DNA of 52,143 nucleotides from a virus (Duplodnaviria; Caudoviricetes), in IMG/VR virus record IMGVR_UViG_3300032220_000084, positions 1-52,143 of that record; one strand, 5' to 3'. Positions 25,547-36,100 of the stretch are shown one piece after another. The stretch's first letter is position 1, and every line of letters begins with the position of its first letter. The notes below the pieces were generated by a model that saw only the letters and a program-made list of their open reading frames with translations, searched no databases and had not been told where the DNA came from. The position numbers and the translations under genes were made by a program.

Positions 25547-28500
25547 ATGGCAAAGCTAACCCCAAAACAAATACAAGACTTAGCCTCTAAGGGTAGAGGT
25601 GGTGACTCTATTGTTGCTCACATTAACCCACAAGAAGCGGCTTTACTTAAAGCTTATGGTGGATCGGGAGCTATAAATCCTAATACGGGTTTACCTGAGT
25701 TTGACTTTTTTAGTGAGTTAAATCCATTTGCAGGATCCAGTGATATTGGTGGAGGAATTGTCAAAGCTGCCGCCAAATTTGATGATGCAAGGGCGGAATT
25801 TACTGGTGGTGTACTTTCAGGTGCGCAAAAAGCATGGAATGGGGCATCAGAAGCATTAGCAGGTTTTGATGATGCTGCTAATAAGGTAGCCAAGCAACTT
25901 GGGCAAACGGTACAAGCAATTGCTGATGACCCTAAAAAATTGGCAATGGTTGCTATTGCTGTTTACTACCCCGGAGCAGCTCAATATCTTGGCAACTCAA
26001 TCTTAGGCCCAACCTTAGCAGCTCAATATCCTTTTTTGGCGACAACTGTTGGACAAACAGTTCTTAATACTGCGGCTAATGGCGGAGACATTGAAGTTGC
26101 AGCAAAGAATGCTTTGATACAGAACGGCGCAACTGAAATAGCAGGTCAAGTGGCATCCAAGCTTCCGGTTGCATCTAGCAATGTTCAAAAAGTATTTAAT
26201 GATTTTGTTGCCGGTGCTGCTGGTAACGTTTCCGTTGCTGTTGTTATGGGCAGAGATCCAATAGCTGCACTGGCAATGGGTGGGGCAACTGCTGCAACAA
26301 ATGTAATTTTGAGCCAATTAAATTCGGGTATACATTCTTTTGGTAGTCAAGCAGCAGACAGAGGTTACAAAAATTTACCAGTTGAGGCGAAACAAGCAAT
26401 TGGCTCGGCTATAACTGCCAGCATTTTGGGGAAAGATGTAACCAGTGCTGTTACAAGTTCGTTAATTCAATCAGCAGTAAGTAGATTCTCAACATACGTC
26501 CATATACAAAAAGAAATTGCAGCTTCAGATACTTTGGCAAAAGCCAATATTAAAAACCTTACACCCGAACAATTAAATGCCATAAAGGGTACTTATGTTT
26601 ATGGAAGCAAGATAGGAGATGAAGTTGTCAAAACTTTAGAGTTTGGCGTAAAGCACAACCTTCCCATATCTCCTCAAATTTTGTATTCTGTTTCAAGAGA
26701 TGATACCAACTTCAAACCTGATTATTTAAATAATTTAGATGCCAAGGCTCAGCAATATGGATTTAATATTACTCCAAAGATGCTGGAAAATTTTGTAGAT
26801 AAAAAAAATAACCATTCAGTCAGTAACGCTGCTTTAAAAAATATAGATGATCTTTATGCTTTTGCAAAGCAAGGAGATGTGCAGGTCACAGATGATTTAT
26901 TAGATAGAGCAATTGGACGCTACGGAGGAAATAGTGATACTCCAGCAAACTTAGTTAAAACAGCTGATTTAGCGCAAACAAGCAGACAAGAGGTAATTAA
27001 CTTCTTCAAGCCTTGGGGCATCACTCCAACTGAAGATCAAATAGAACAGTATTCGGGTCTTACTCCAGAGTCTGAATCTAAATCTGCAATTAATACTTTT
27101 GGCGATACCAATACCACTGATCTTGCGGAGGCGGGGGAGGCGTTCAAAGCGGTCTATGGTCGCTATCCAACTGCTGCTGAACAAAAAGATCTAAAACAGT
27201 TTACTGGATTGGTAGACGAAGAAACATCTTTAGCAAAATTACAGTCGTATATTGATCCTAAGTATATAGACAAAAGTGAAGTTACTGATTTATTTATCTC
27301 TTCTATTGGCAGAGAGCCAACGGCGGCAGAGCTGAAAAAGTTTGTTGGCGAGGGCGATGAAGTAACAAAAACAGGTCTGGTTAATCAATACATTGACCCA
27401 CTATATACAGACATTGGCGAAGTTAAGCAAACTTTTAAAGACATTTATGGTCGCGATCCAACTGCTGCCGAGCTAAAGGATTTGCGGCAATTTGTTGGCA
27501 ATCAACCCGAGTCTACTCTTCTTGGCAAACAGAAAGAATACCTTGATCCAAAGTATGTTGATTCATCAGAATCTAGAGCTTACTTAAAAAGCATTTTAGG
27601 GAGAAATCCAACTGCCGATGAGATTGCTCAGTTTGTTGGAGAGGGGTCGGAAGCAAGTACGCTTACAAAAGATAATGTTTACACCACGCTGGTGGACTTT
27701 ATTAACAATACGCAGCACCCAGAAATTGCTGAGAATGATTATGCTGGTCAGGCTGCTCAGGTAATTGCAGATGAGATTAAAAACATAAAACTTGCTCAGG
27801 CATTAGCCTCTCCGGGCGAAATTCCGGGTTACCAAAAGGCGCTTGAGGATGCCACAAAACGTTTGTATGAAGTTGTAAAGGATGCAGCAAATGATCCTGA
27901 CTATAAAAAATTATTACCAAAACTTGAAGAAACATTAATTAAACAAGGCACATCCATTGCCAGAGTTATGGGAACCGCAGCAGTGTTGGCGTTAACACCA
28001 TCGCCACTTGACGAAAACGAAGAAGCAGAACTACTTGCGCGTGAGCCTTGGAGAAAGAATTTAACAGACTATTACAACCCAGACTTGCCAACAACAGACA
28101 AGCCAAATACTACTAAGCCTCAATTTTGGGATGCTGTTGCTGAAGCATGGACTGACATTCCAACTTGGGGAGACGTTAAAAACGTTACCGCTGATAACAA
28201 GACGACTGCCAATGAAGTTAAGGCAATGTTTGATAGTGTTGGATATACACAAATGACTCCGCAGGAGATTGAGCGTTTTGTTAAAAATCAGCCAGAAATA
28301 GCAACTTACGAAGAGTTGGTTGATTATGTTAAAAACTTTGTTCCACCAAAAGACCCAAGACCTCCAGTTAAGCCACCTGCTCCGACTGTTGCTCCTACTG
28401 TTGCCCCTACTGTAACTGTTAAGCCTACTGTAACGGTCACACCAACAGCTACTCCTAAACCCACAGCAACCGTTACGCCAACAGTTATTCCCACTGTTAC

Positions 28501-29602
28501 ACCAAAACCTACTGTTACACCTACTGTTACACCTACTGTTACACCTACTGTTACACCAAAGCCCACGGTAACGCCTACTGTTACGCCAACCTCGACAGTA
28601 AAGCCAACAGTAACTCCGACAGCAACTGTTATTCCTACCGTAACTGTTAAACCAACTGCTACAGTCACGCCAACTGTAAAGCCTACCGTTACACCTACAG
28701 CAACTGTTCAGCCTACAGTTAAACCCACGGCGACTGTTTCTCCTACGGCTACCGTGCAGCCAACCGCAACTGTGCAGCCAACTGTACAGCCGACAGCCAC
28801 GGTTAAACCAACAATCCAGCCGACAGCCACAGTTCAGCCAACGGCGACTGTAAAACCCACTGCTACAGTTAATCCCACCGCAACTGTTCAACCAACGGCA
28901 ACAGTTAAACCTACGGTAAATCCAACAATTCAGCCTACTGTGCAGCCCACTGTTCAGCCGACTGTCCAACCAACAATACAGCCAACAATACAGCCGACTG
29001 TCCAACCAACCGTCCAACCAACTGTTCAGCCAACCGTTACGGTAAAGCCAACAATAACCGTTACTCCAACAGTTACTGTTACCCCCATCATTACCGTTAC
29101 ACCTACGCCAACCATTACGGTAGGGCCAACACCCACCCCAACGGCTACTGTTACTCCCACCCCAACGGCTACTGTTACACCTACGCCAACAGCTACCGTT
29201 ACACCCACGCCAGTAATTACTGTTGAGCCAACTCCTACGCCTACGGTAACTGTTACACCAACTCCCACGCCAACTCCTACGCCAAGGCCAACGATTAGGC
29301 CGACAGTTAGGCCGCCCTCAACACGCACACCATCGGATGCGTTGATTGCTGCGTTAATGGGTGGATCTGGGGCCGGAGCGCCCTCTGCGCCTCAAGAGGC
29401 AAGAGTAGTAGAGGCTTCACCTTATTTTGATATAGGCTCTCCGCTTGACATTGGCTTTTTTGATCAACCATCTGAGAGCAAAAAAGACACCAAAGACCAG
29501 CCCGGTGTAGTTAAAATCGCCCAAGGTGGATACATGAATGTGCTTTTCCCTCAAGAGGAAGTAAGCATGGATGAAATCTTAAGAATTTTGGAAGGAAAAT
29601 AG
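25547..29602 (+). CDS. Large internal/ejection-type protein with helical repeats and a Pro/Thr-rich tract
   Basis: N-terminal [35 protein letters not shown], GRxPTAAE repeats, ~310-aa PTV/PTA tract. Confidence 0.7.
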   Translation: MAKLTPKQIQDLASKGRGGDSIVAHINPQEAALLKAYGGSGAINPNTGLPEFDFFSELNPFAGSSDIGGGIVKAAAKFDDARAEFTGGVLSGAQKAWNGASEALAGFDDAANKVAKQLGQTVQAIADDPKKLAMVAIAVYYPGAAQYLGNSILGPTLAAQYPFLATTVGQTVLNTAANGGDIEVAAKNALIQNGATEIAGQVASKLPVASSNVQKVFNDFVAGAAGNVSVAVVMGRDPIAALAMGGATAATNVILSQLNSGIHSFGSQAADRGYKNLPVEAKQAIGSAITASILGKDVTSAVTSSLIQSAVSRFSTYVHIQKEIAASDTLAKANIKNLTPEQLNAIKGTYVYGSKIGDEVVKTLEFGVKHNLPISPQILYSVSRDDTNFKPDYLNNLDAKAQQYGFNITPKMLENFVDKKNNHSVSNAALKNIDDLYAFAKQGDVQVTDDLLDRAIGRYGGNSDTPANLVKTADLAQTSRQEVINFFKPWGITPTEDQIEQYSGLTPESESKSAINTFGDTNTTDLAEAGEAFKAVYGRYPTAAEQKDLKQFTGLVDEETSLAKLQSYIDPKYIDKSEVTDLFISSIGREPTAAELKKFVGEGDEVTKTGLVNQYIDPLYTDIGEVKQTFKDIYGRDPTAAELKDLRQFVGNQPESTLLGKQKEYLDPKYVDSSESRAYLKSILGRNPTADEIAQFVGEGSEASTLTKDNVYTTLVDFINNTQHPEIAENDYAGQAAQVIADEIKNIKLAQALASPGEIPGYQKALEDATKRLYEVVKDAANDPDYKKLLPKLEETLIKQGTSIARVMGTAAVLALTPSPLDENEEAELLAREPWRKNLTDYYNPDLPTTDKPNTTKPQFWDAVAEAWTDIPTWGDVKNVTADNKTTANEVKAMFDSVGYTQMTPQEIERFVKNQPEIATYEELVDYVKNFVPPKDPRPPVKPPAPTVAPTVAPTVTVKPTVTVTPTATPKPTATVTPTVIPTVTPKPTVTPTVTPTVTPTVTPKPTVTPTVTPTSTVKPTVTPTATVIPTVTVKPTATVTPTVKPTVTPTATVQPTVKPTATVSPTATVQPTATVQPTVQPTATVKPTIQPTATVQPTATVKPTATVNPTATVQPTATVKPTVNPTIQPTVQPTVQPTVQPTIQPTIQPTVQPTVQPTVQPTVTVKPTITVTPTVTVTPIITVTPTPTITVGPTPTPTATVTPTPTATVTPTPTATVTPTPVITVEPTPTPTVTVTPTPTPTPTPRPTIRPTVRPPSTRTPSDALIAALMGGSGAGAPSAPQEARVVEASPYFDIGSPLDIGFFDQPSESKKDTKDQPGVVKIAQGGYMNVLFPQEEVSMDEILRILEGK
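28378..29322 (+). repeat. Low-complexity coding repeat (TVTP/TVQP/TATVxP)
   Basis: Degenerate 12- and 18-bp units such as CCTACTGTTACA. Confidence 0.9.
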
Positions 29603-29603
29603 C

Positions 29604-31514
29604 ATGGATGAAGATATCATTGATACTGGCACAGAAGATACATTCATTCCACCTGAGTTTGATTGGGATAGTCTTCCAACAGATGAAGCCGTTTCGCAAG
29701 TAAACTTAGAAAATCAGTATAGAAATTGGGAAAGTTTTTTTCAAGACCCAAAAAATGTAGAAGACTTCTACAAAGCTGATGAGGCGTTTAGTTCTGATCC
29801 ATCTTGGAAGCAGCTTTCAACTGATGCAATTAAAGCTTTGGGTGACAAGGCCAATTCTTTTTTAAAGAACTATCTTTATGACCCCGACACCAAGAAATGG
29901 AATCCCGCCGGTATTATTACCGCTGGTGTTGCGCTCAAGGCTCTTATGGGTGATGGAGATAAGCCAAAATCCAATGCTTATCAAGGCAGCATTCCTAACC
30001 TTGCTGCGGTGCAACAACAGATAGATTACAACGATCCCAACCGCCGACCCGGTTCTATGGGTAGACAGTATTTCACTAACACTCAGTTTGTTGACCCATC
30101 TAAAGTGGCTGAAGCTCAAGCTGCGGCAAGCACCCAAGCTCAAGGTATTTTGTCTGGATATAGACCAGCTCCTGCTCCTGCGGCTAACCCATATGCGGGT
30201 AAGTTTAAGATGGCTTATGAGAATATGCCTGAGCAAAACTCTGGTAACGTTACCAGTCCAGCTTCTGGTGTGGCCTCTTTATTTCCAGCACCTCAAGTCC
30301 GTGACAAAACTGAAGAAATGGCAGGAGGCGGTATGGCAAAAGGCCGATATTTACAAGGATCTACAGACGGAATGGCTGATAAGATTCCATCCTCTATTGA
30401 CGGCAAGCAAAAGGCCGCTTTAAGTCACGGCGAGTTTGTCATTCCTGCTGATGTGGTTTCCCATCTTGGTAACGGCAATTCAGATGCTGGCGCTAAGAAG
30501 CTGTATGAAATGATGGCGCGGGTGCGCAAAGCCCGTACTGGTAACTCGGAGCAGGGTAAGAAGATCAATCCAAACAATTTCATGCCCGGTGGTCAAGTTG
30601 GATATGCTGGTGGTGGTATTGCTCACTTTACCGGAGGTGGTACTGCTGATAGTACAGGCACAACCGGCAACACAGGGGTTACTACTCCAACAATTCCAAA
30701 TCAAGGTTCATCAGTAGCTGAAGGCCTTTCAACTTGGGCTGGGCCTTATGTGTCCGATTACCTTGGCAAAGGTCAAGCTTTATCCAACCAGCCATATCAG
30801 GCATACACAGGGCCATTGACTGCTGGCGCTTCAGATCTTCAGCAACAGCAATACGCTGGCTTGTCTGATGTGGCTAAGACTGGGTATACACCTACACAGT
30901 TTAAGGGCGGCATCTTTGATGCATCTGCTGCGCAACAGTACATGAATCCGTACTTATCTGCCGCGCTTGATCCTCAACTACAAGAGCTGCGCCGACAAGG
31001 ACAGATTACCAACTTGGCTAACCAAGCTCAAGCTACCAAGATGGGGGCATTTGGCAGCTCAGGTTCTGCACTGATGCAAACAGAAGGTCAGCGCAATACG
31101 CTCGACAAAATGCAGGAAGCTCTTGGTCAGGGCTATAGCACAGCCTACGATAAAGCAATGGCTCAGTACAACGCTGACCAAGACCGTAGTATGGGTGCGC
31201 AAAAAGACACTGAAGCCTCGCGCCAGTTCAGCGCCAAGTACGGCCTTGATACCCTTGACAGACTTGGTACAGCAGGGGCTACTCAACGCGACATTGAGCA
31301 GCAAGGAATTACTGCTGACAAGACTCAATTTGAAGAGGCAAGAGAGTTTCCTTATAAGCAGGTACAGTTCCAAAAGTCTTTGCTTACGGGTTTGCCAATT
31401 ACAACAACTGATACCACCAATATGCAGAGTGAACTTGCCAAAATTTCTGAACAGGTTAGTGGTCTTTTAGGCTTGTATAAAACATTAGAAGGCTTGGGTC
31501 AAAAAACCCCTTGA
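29604..31514 (+). CDS. Putative ejection / DNA-transfer protein
   Basis: DGMADKIP...LSHGEFVIPADVVS motif, YMNPY, GAFGSS, Q/A-rich. Position after the nozzle. Confidence 0.6.
   Translation: MDEDIIDTGTEDTFIPPEFDWDSLPTDEAVSQVNLENQYRNWESFFQDPKNVEDFYKADEAFSSDPSWKQLSTDAIKALGDKANSFLKNYLYDPDTKKWNPAGIITAGVALKALMGDGDKPKSNAYQGSIPNLAAVQQQIDYNDPNRRPGSMGRQYFTNTQFVDPSKVAEAQAAASTQAQGILSGYRPAPAPAANPYAGKFKMAYENMPEQNSGNVTSPASGVASLFPAPQVRDKTEEMAGGGMAKGRYLQGSTDGMADKIPSSIDGKQKAALSHGEFVIPADVVSHLGNGNSDAGAKKLYEMMARVRKARTGNSEQGKKINPNNFMPGGQVGYAGGGIAHFTGGGTADSTGTTGNTGVTTPTIPNQGSSVAEGLSTWAGPYVSDYLGKGQALSNQPYQAYTGPLTAGASDLQQQQYAGLSDVAKTGYTPTQFKGGIFDASAAQQYMNPYLSAALDPQLQELRRQGQITNLANQAQATKMGAFGSSGSALMQTEGQRNTLDKMQEALGQGYSTAYDKAMAQYNADQDRSMGAQKDTEASRQFSAKYGLDTLDRLGTAGATQRDIEQQGITADKTQFEEAREFPYKQVQFQKSLLTGLPITTTDTTNMQSELAKISEQVSGLLGLYKTLEGLGQKTP
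30241..30256. repeat. Dispersed palindrome copy CTGGTAACGTTACCAG
   Basis: 16-bp perfect palindrome, exact core at 30242-30255. Confidence 0.9.
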
Positions 31515-31524
31515 AGGAAAAAAT

Positions 31525-33153
31525 ATGAATCTCGTACAAATTAATGAGCATTTAAAAGACGTTCCTATCCAAAAGCTCATGGAGTATGCCAACGGCAAGG
31601 ATCCTATGGTTCCTGCTTATATGGCTACGGGTGAAATGCAGCGCAGAGAATCAATGCAGCAGAGAGTAGCTGCAAGCCAGCAAGCGGCTCAAGGACAACA
31701 GCCTACTGTTAAAGATCAGATACAGCAGAAAGCTGGACTGATGGCGCTTCAAGCTCAACAGCAACAGCAAGCCCAACAACAGATGATGCAACAGGCACAG
31801 GCTCAACCTATGCCAGTTCCTCCTCAGACTCCGCAGCCCAGTATGCAAGAGGAAGAGCAACCTGAATACGCAATGGGCGGCATTGCCCAGTTACCTGTGG
31901 ACTATGACTTTGCAAGCGGTGGAATCATTGCCTTTGCTGGTGAAAATGGCAGTGAAGTCCCTGTTGTTGAAGAGACTGAAGAAGAAAAGATGCGTAGACT
32001 ACAGCGGCTCTTGACACAAGGTCTTCCTTCTACGCAAGGTACTCAACCTCCAGCAGAGGCAACTCCTCAAAGGGCTGGGCTACCGGCTCTGTCGGCAGAG
32101 CCACCTAAAGACACAAGACCCGGCGCTAATATCCCCGGCCTATACGATGATGCGGCTCAAAAAGTTGTGCAAGAAAGACTAAAGCCAAGGTCTGTGCAGG
32201 AGATTGCTGCCACACAAGCCGAAGCCGATAAGTTGGCTGGCGTTACCGGCAAATATGGCGAAGAGCAAATGAAACGCTACGGCGAAGAAGATGCTCAATA
32301 CAAAGAGATGATAAAAGACAGAGCTTTTAATAACTTGTTATCCGTGTTGAGCGGTATGGGTCGAGGCGGTCTTGGTGGCGCTGCTCCTGCGTATTTGCAA
32401 GCACAAGCTGCGCAACAAGCTGCTGACATTGCTCAGAAGCGCCGCATGAATCAAATGTATGGTGATGTTGAAGCCAAGCAGCGTGAAGAGGCTATTGCTA
32501 AATCCAAGGGAATTATTACACCCTACGAGGCTGAACGCACCCAAGTTGGTGACATTGCAAGTAGACAAGCGACTCAGCAAATGGCTAGTCAAACTGAGTT
32601 TGAAAAAGAAGCCATTAACAATAAAAATGCTTTGGATCGTTTGGAGCTTCAGTACAATAGAGATTTGGAAGCGGCAAAAACAAGATACGCTAACGATCAA
32701 GAGTTGCGCAAAATTGAAAATGATTTTGCGGTCAAACGAGATGAGGTTAACAGGAAGGCTGCGGTTGATTTGGAAAAATACCGCCGTACCGCGCCGACTG
32801 ATGAGCAGCGAAATATAGATTCGTATCTTGCTCTCTGGAAGAAAGACCCTGCCAATAAAAATAAACCGCTAATAGAGGGCTCGGCTCAGTATTGGATGGA
32901 TAGGGGCGGCGGCTCCGGTAGAGGAGATAAGCCATATATAACTGGCCTTAATCAGCTATTACAAAGCTATCAAGAAGATCTTAAAACTCTTGAGTTACAG
33001 CCGGAAACAAACCCGGAAAAGCAGCGTTTGCGAGCTGCAATTAAGAAAACTCAAAAAGATTTGGAAGCTGCGGTAGGTAAAGGACTGCCAAGTCTCACAA
33101 CAGGTAGTAGCCAATTGCCCCCCGGATTTGTACCAGATCAGCCCGGGCGTTAA
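31525..33153 (+). CDS. Putative ejection / DNA-transfer protein
   Basis: Q-rich and helical, with YAMGGI and FASGGII motifs. AAGGA RBS. Confidence 0.6.
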   Translation: MNLVQINEHLKDVPIQKLMEYANGKDPMVPAYMATGEMQRRESMQQRVAASQQAAQGQQPTVKDQIQQKAGLMALQAQQQQQAQQQMMQQAQAQPMPVPPQTPQPSMQEEEQPEYAMGGIAQLPVDYDFASGGIIAFAGENGSEVPVVEETEEEKMRRLQRLLTQGLPSTQGTQPPAEATPQRAGLPALSAEPPKDTRPGANIPGLYDDAAQKVVQERLKPRSVQEIAATQAEADKLAGVTGKYGEEQMKRYGEEDAQYKEMIKDRAFNNLLSVLSGMGRGGLGGAAPAYLQAQAAQQAADIAQKRRMNQMYGDVEAKQREEAIAKSKGIITPYEAERTQVGDIASRQATQQMASQTEFEKEAINNKNALDRLELQYNRDLEAAKTRYANDQELRKIENDFAVKRDEVNRKAAVDLEKYRRTAPTDEQRNIDSYLALWKKDPANKNKPLIEGSAQYWMDRGGGSGRGDKPYITGLNQLLQSYQEDLKTLELQPETNPEKQRLRAAIKKTQKDLEAAVGKGLPSLTTGSSQLPPGFVPDQPGR

Positions 33154-33155
33154 TA

Positions 33156-36100
33156 ATGGCTCTCCAAACAGCAACTAATCCACAAACCGGCGAGCGCGTT
33201 GTTTTAATTGGCAACGAGTGGAAACCATTCCAGCAAACAGCCACAAACAAAGAAGGCGCAAAAGCTTATTTGGTAAATGGTAGTTGGGTTGTTGAGCCTG
33301 CTGCCGCCCCTGCCGCACCTAAACCAATCCCTGAGCGTACATACGGCGAAGCAGCTAAAGACATAGGCGCTAGTCTTACTTCTGGTCTTGGTTCGCTGGT
33401 TCAGTTGCCGGGTCAGTTGTATGGCCTAGCTACTGGAGACTTCTCTAAGACTGGTCTGCTGGCTGCTGGTGAAGATATACAGAAGTACGGCGAGGAAATG
33501 AAGTCTCCTGCGTTGAAGGCCAAAGAAGAGGCTAGGGCGCAGAAGATTCAAGAGGCAGAGAAGACTGGTCAGCTTGCCGCTGCTGGTACTGCTTTTGGCG
33601 AGACAGTAACAGACCCAGCACTATTGGTAGGCTTCTTGGTTGAGCAAGTGCCTAACCTTATTCCTGCACTGTTAACGGGTGGTGGTACTGCTGCGTTGAC
33701 TGCTAGTGGTATTGCTGCCAAGGAAGCTGCTGCGCTGGTTGCTAGTGGTGCTGCTAAGGAAGCTGCTGCCATTGCAGCTAAACAGATTGCCGCCAAGAAA
33801 GCTGGTGAGCTTGGCGCTAGAGCTGCTGTTGGTGTGGGCGCTGTTCAGCAGGGTGCTGACGTTGGTGCGGGCGCGTATGAAGATATTTACAAAGCTGCAA
33901 TAGCCAAGGGAATGCCCGAGGCTGAAGCTGCTTCTACGGCTTTGAATGCTGCGAGAGCTGCCGGTGCATCTGCCGCCGTTATCTCTTTGTTGGCTCAGAG
34001 ATTGCCCGGCGCACGGACGCTTGAAGAAACTTTTGCTGGTGTTAAGGGTACAACTGGTCGCATTTTTGGCGGTGTTAAAGGTGCTTTGGGCGAGTCTGCT
34101 GGTGAAGTTGTTGAAGAGGGCGGTGGCAAGTTTTCTCAGAATCTTGCTATGCGTGAGGTTAACCCTGAGCAAAGCCTTACCGAAGGTTTGGGTCAAGCTG
34201 CTGGTATGGCTGCTATTGGTGGCGGTGGTATGGGCGCTATTGCTGGTGCTGCTCGCCGTCCTGCCGAAGCACCAAGCGATACCGCTGGTATACAAGGCAC
34301 AGGTAATCCGTCTACAAATAGCCCAATTGTTAGCACAAGTAAAGTTAATATTGACGGCAAAGAGAGTGTCAAAACCACCAGACGGGATGGAAGTGTTGAG
34401 ATTGATGGCATCCAAGTCACTCCTCCTGATGTGGAAACGTTACCACCTGAGCCTCCTCCCGAGATTCCCCCAGAAACTCCTGCGGCAACAAAGCCTGCTG
34501 CGCCCCCACCACCTCCCGAAGCGCCAAAGGTTGAGTTCAAGCCAGCAGATGTTGCTGCTTTGGCTAATTACACAGAGGGTTTACCCGAGGAATCAACAGG
34601 CATATTTCAGCAAATTCAAAACAGAGACAGGGCTACCCCTCCTTCTATTAAGCAGATGCAGGGTTTGCGCACTGAGCCTGACTATGATGGATTAAAAGCC
34701 ACCCCTGACTTTGGTTCTGGTGCGCCTGTGGTCGTTAGCGACATCAGGATTCCCGAGAATCAAATGGGACGGCAAGATATTGCTACTGCCTCAGATAGAC
34801 GCAAAATACCTGTTCAGTATGCCGTTATAGATGCCAATGAGTTATTGGCCTCGCATACTGTCAGTGGTCAGACGAATCCCGAATATGGAAACGTTACCAC
34901 TCCGGCTATCCGTGCTGTGGCTGGAAACGGCAGGATTGCTGGATTGCAAGCATCCTATGCAGATAACTTTGCCGGTGATTACCGCGCAGCTATGCTGGCT
35001 GATAACCAGCACGGGGTTGACCCATCGGTGATTGAAGGCATACAGAATCCTGTATTGGTCAGGATCATGCCCAAGTCTTACATCACGCCTGACATTGGAG
35101 ATGTTTCCAATGTTGGTGTTGAGTTGAAGTTAAGCCCTGTTGAGAAGGCCAAGAATGACGGCAACCGAGTTGATCTAGGGTCGCTTAGTTTCAATGAAGA
35201 CGGCAGCATAAATATGCAGACTGTTAAGCAGTTTGTTCAGGGTATGCCAGAGACAGAGCTTGGCGAGCTGATGGACGAAGATGGGATGCCCACCAAGATA
35301 GCGATTGATCGTTTGAACAATGCTATTTTTTACAAGGCATATCAAAGCAAGCCTCTTCTGCGCTTATATGCGCAAGCTGCTGATGAGGAAGCAAAGACAA
35401 TTTTGCAGGGCTTGGCTAAGGCTGCTTCAAACGTTTCTCAGTTGGATGGCGCTGGTGAATACGACATTAGAAAGAACATCATTGATGCTGCTGAGTTGGC
35501 TGTCAATGCTCGCCGTCAAGGTATCAAGCTTAAAGATTTTGCAAGCCAAGGTCAGCTAGGTCTTGATCCAAACACAATGACCGTGTTGGAAATGTTTGCA
35601 GAAAATGCAAGATCGGGCAAGCGTATTGGTGAAATGCTTGGTGATTTGGCTGAAGCAGCATCTCAAGCAAATGATGCACAAGAATCAAATTTACTTGGTG
35701 AAGAATCAAAAGTACCTTTGTCTGATGTGTTTAAGGTATTGAAGCCAACGGCTGCGCCTGATCTTTTTACTCCGCCAAGCGAGACAAAGCCTACAAAGCC
35801 CACTTCGCCTGTAGATGTTCCAGAGCCAAAAGATTTTATAGCCAAGAAGTCACTGGTAGAGATTGCCAAAGAAATACATGGCATGACTGCTACTCAGCTT
35901 GCACAGTGGGCTGTTGACAATGCGCCTAACAGCGCAGCAAAAGCTATTGCAGAGAAGGTGTTGGTTCGCGTAAAAGAATTGGATGAAAGAGGATTCTTTA
36001 AGCAGCCTGTAAAGGTAATGAACAGGGATGATCTTACATTCAGAGGAAAATTTAACTACAACCCCGGAAAAGACTATCGTTATGGTTATTTCACATTTGC

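Noticed and set aside
28061-29328. Minus-strand C/R/W-rich and VTVG ORFs
   Set aside because: Antisense shadows of the Pro/Thr repeat.
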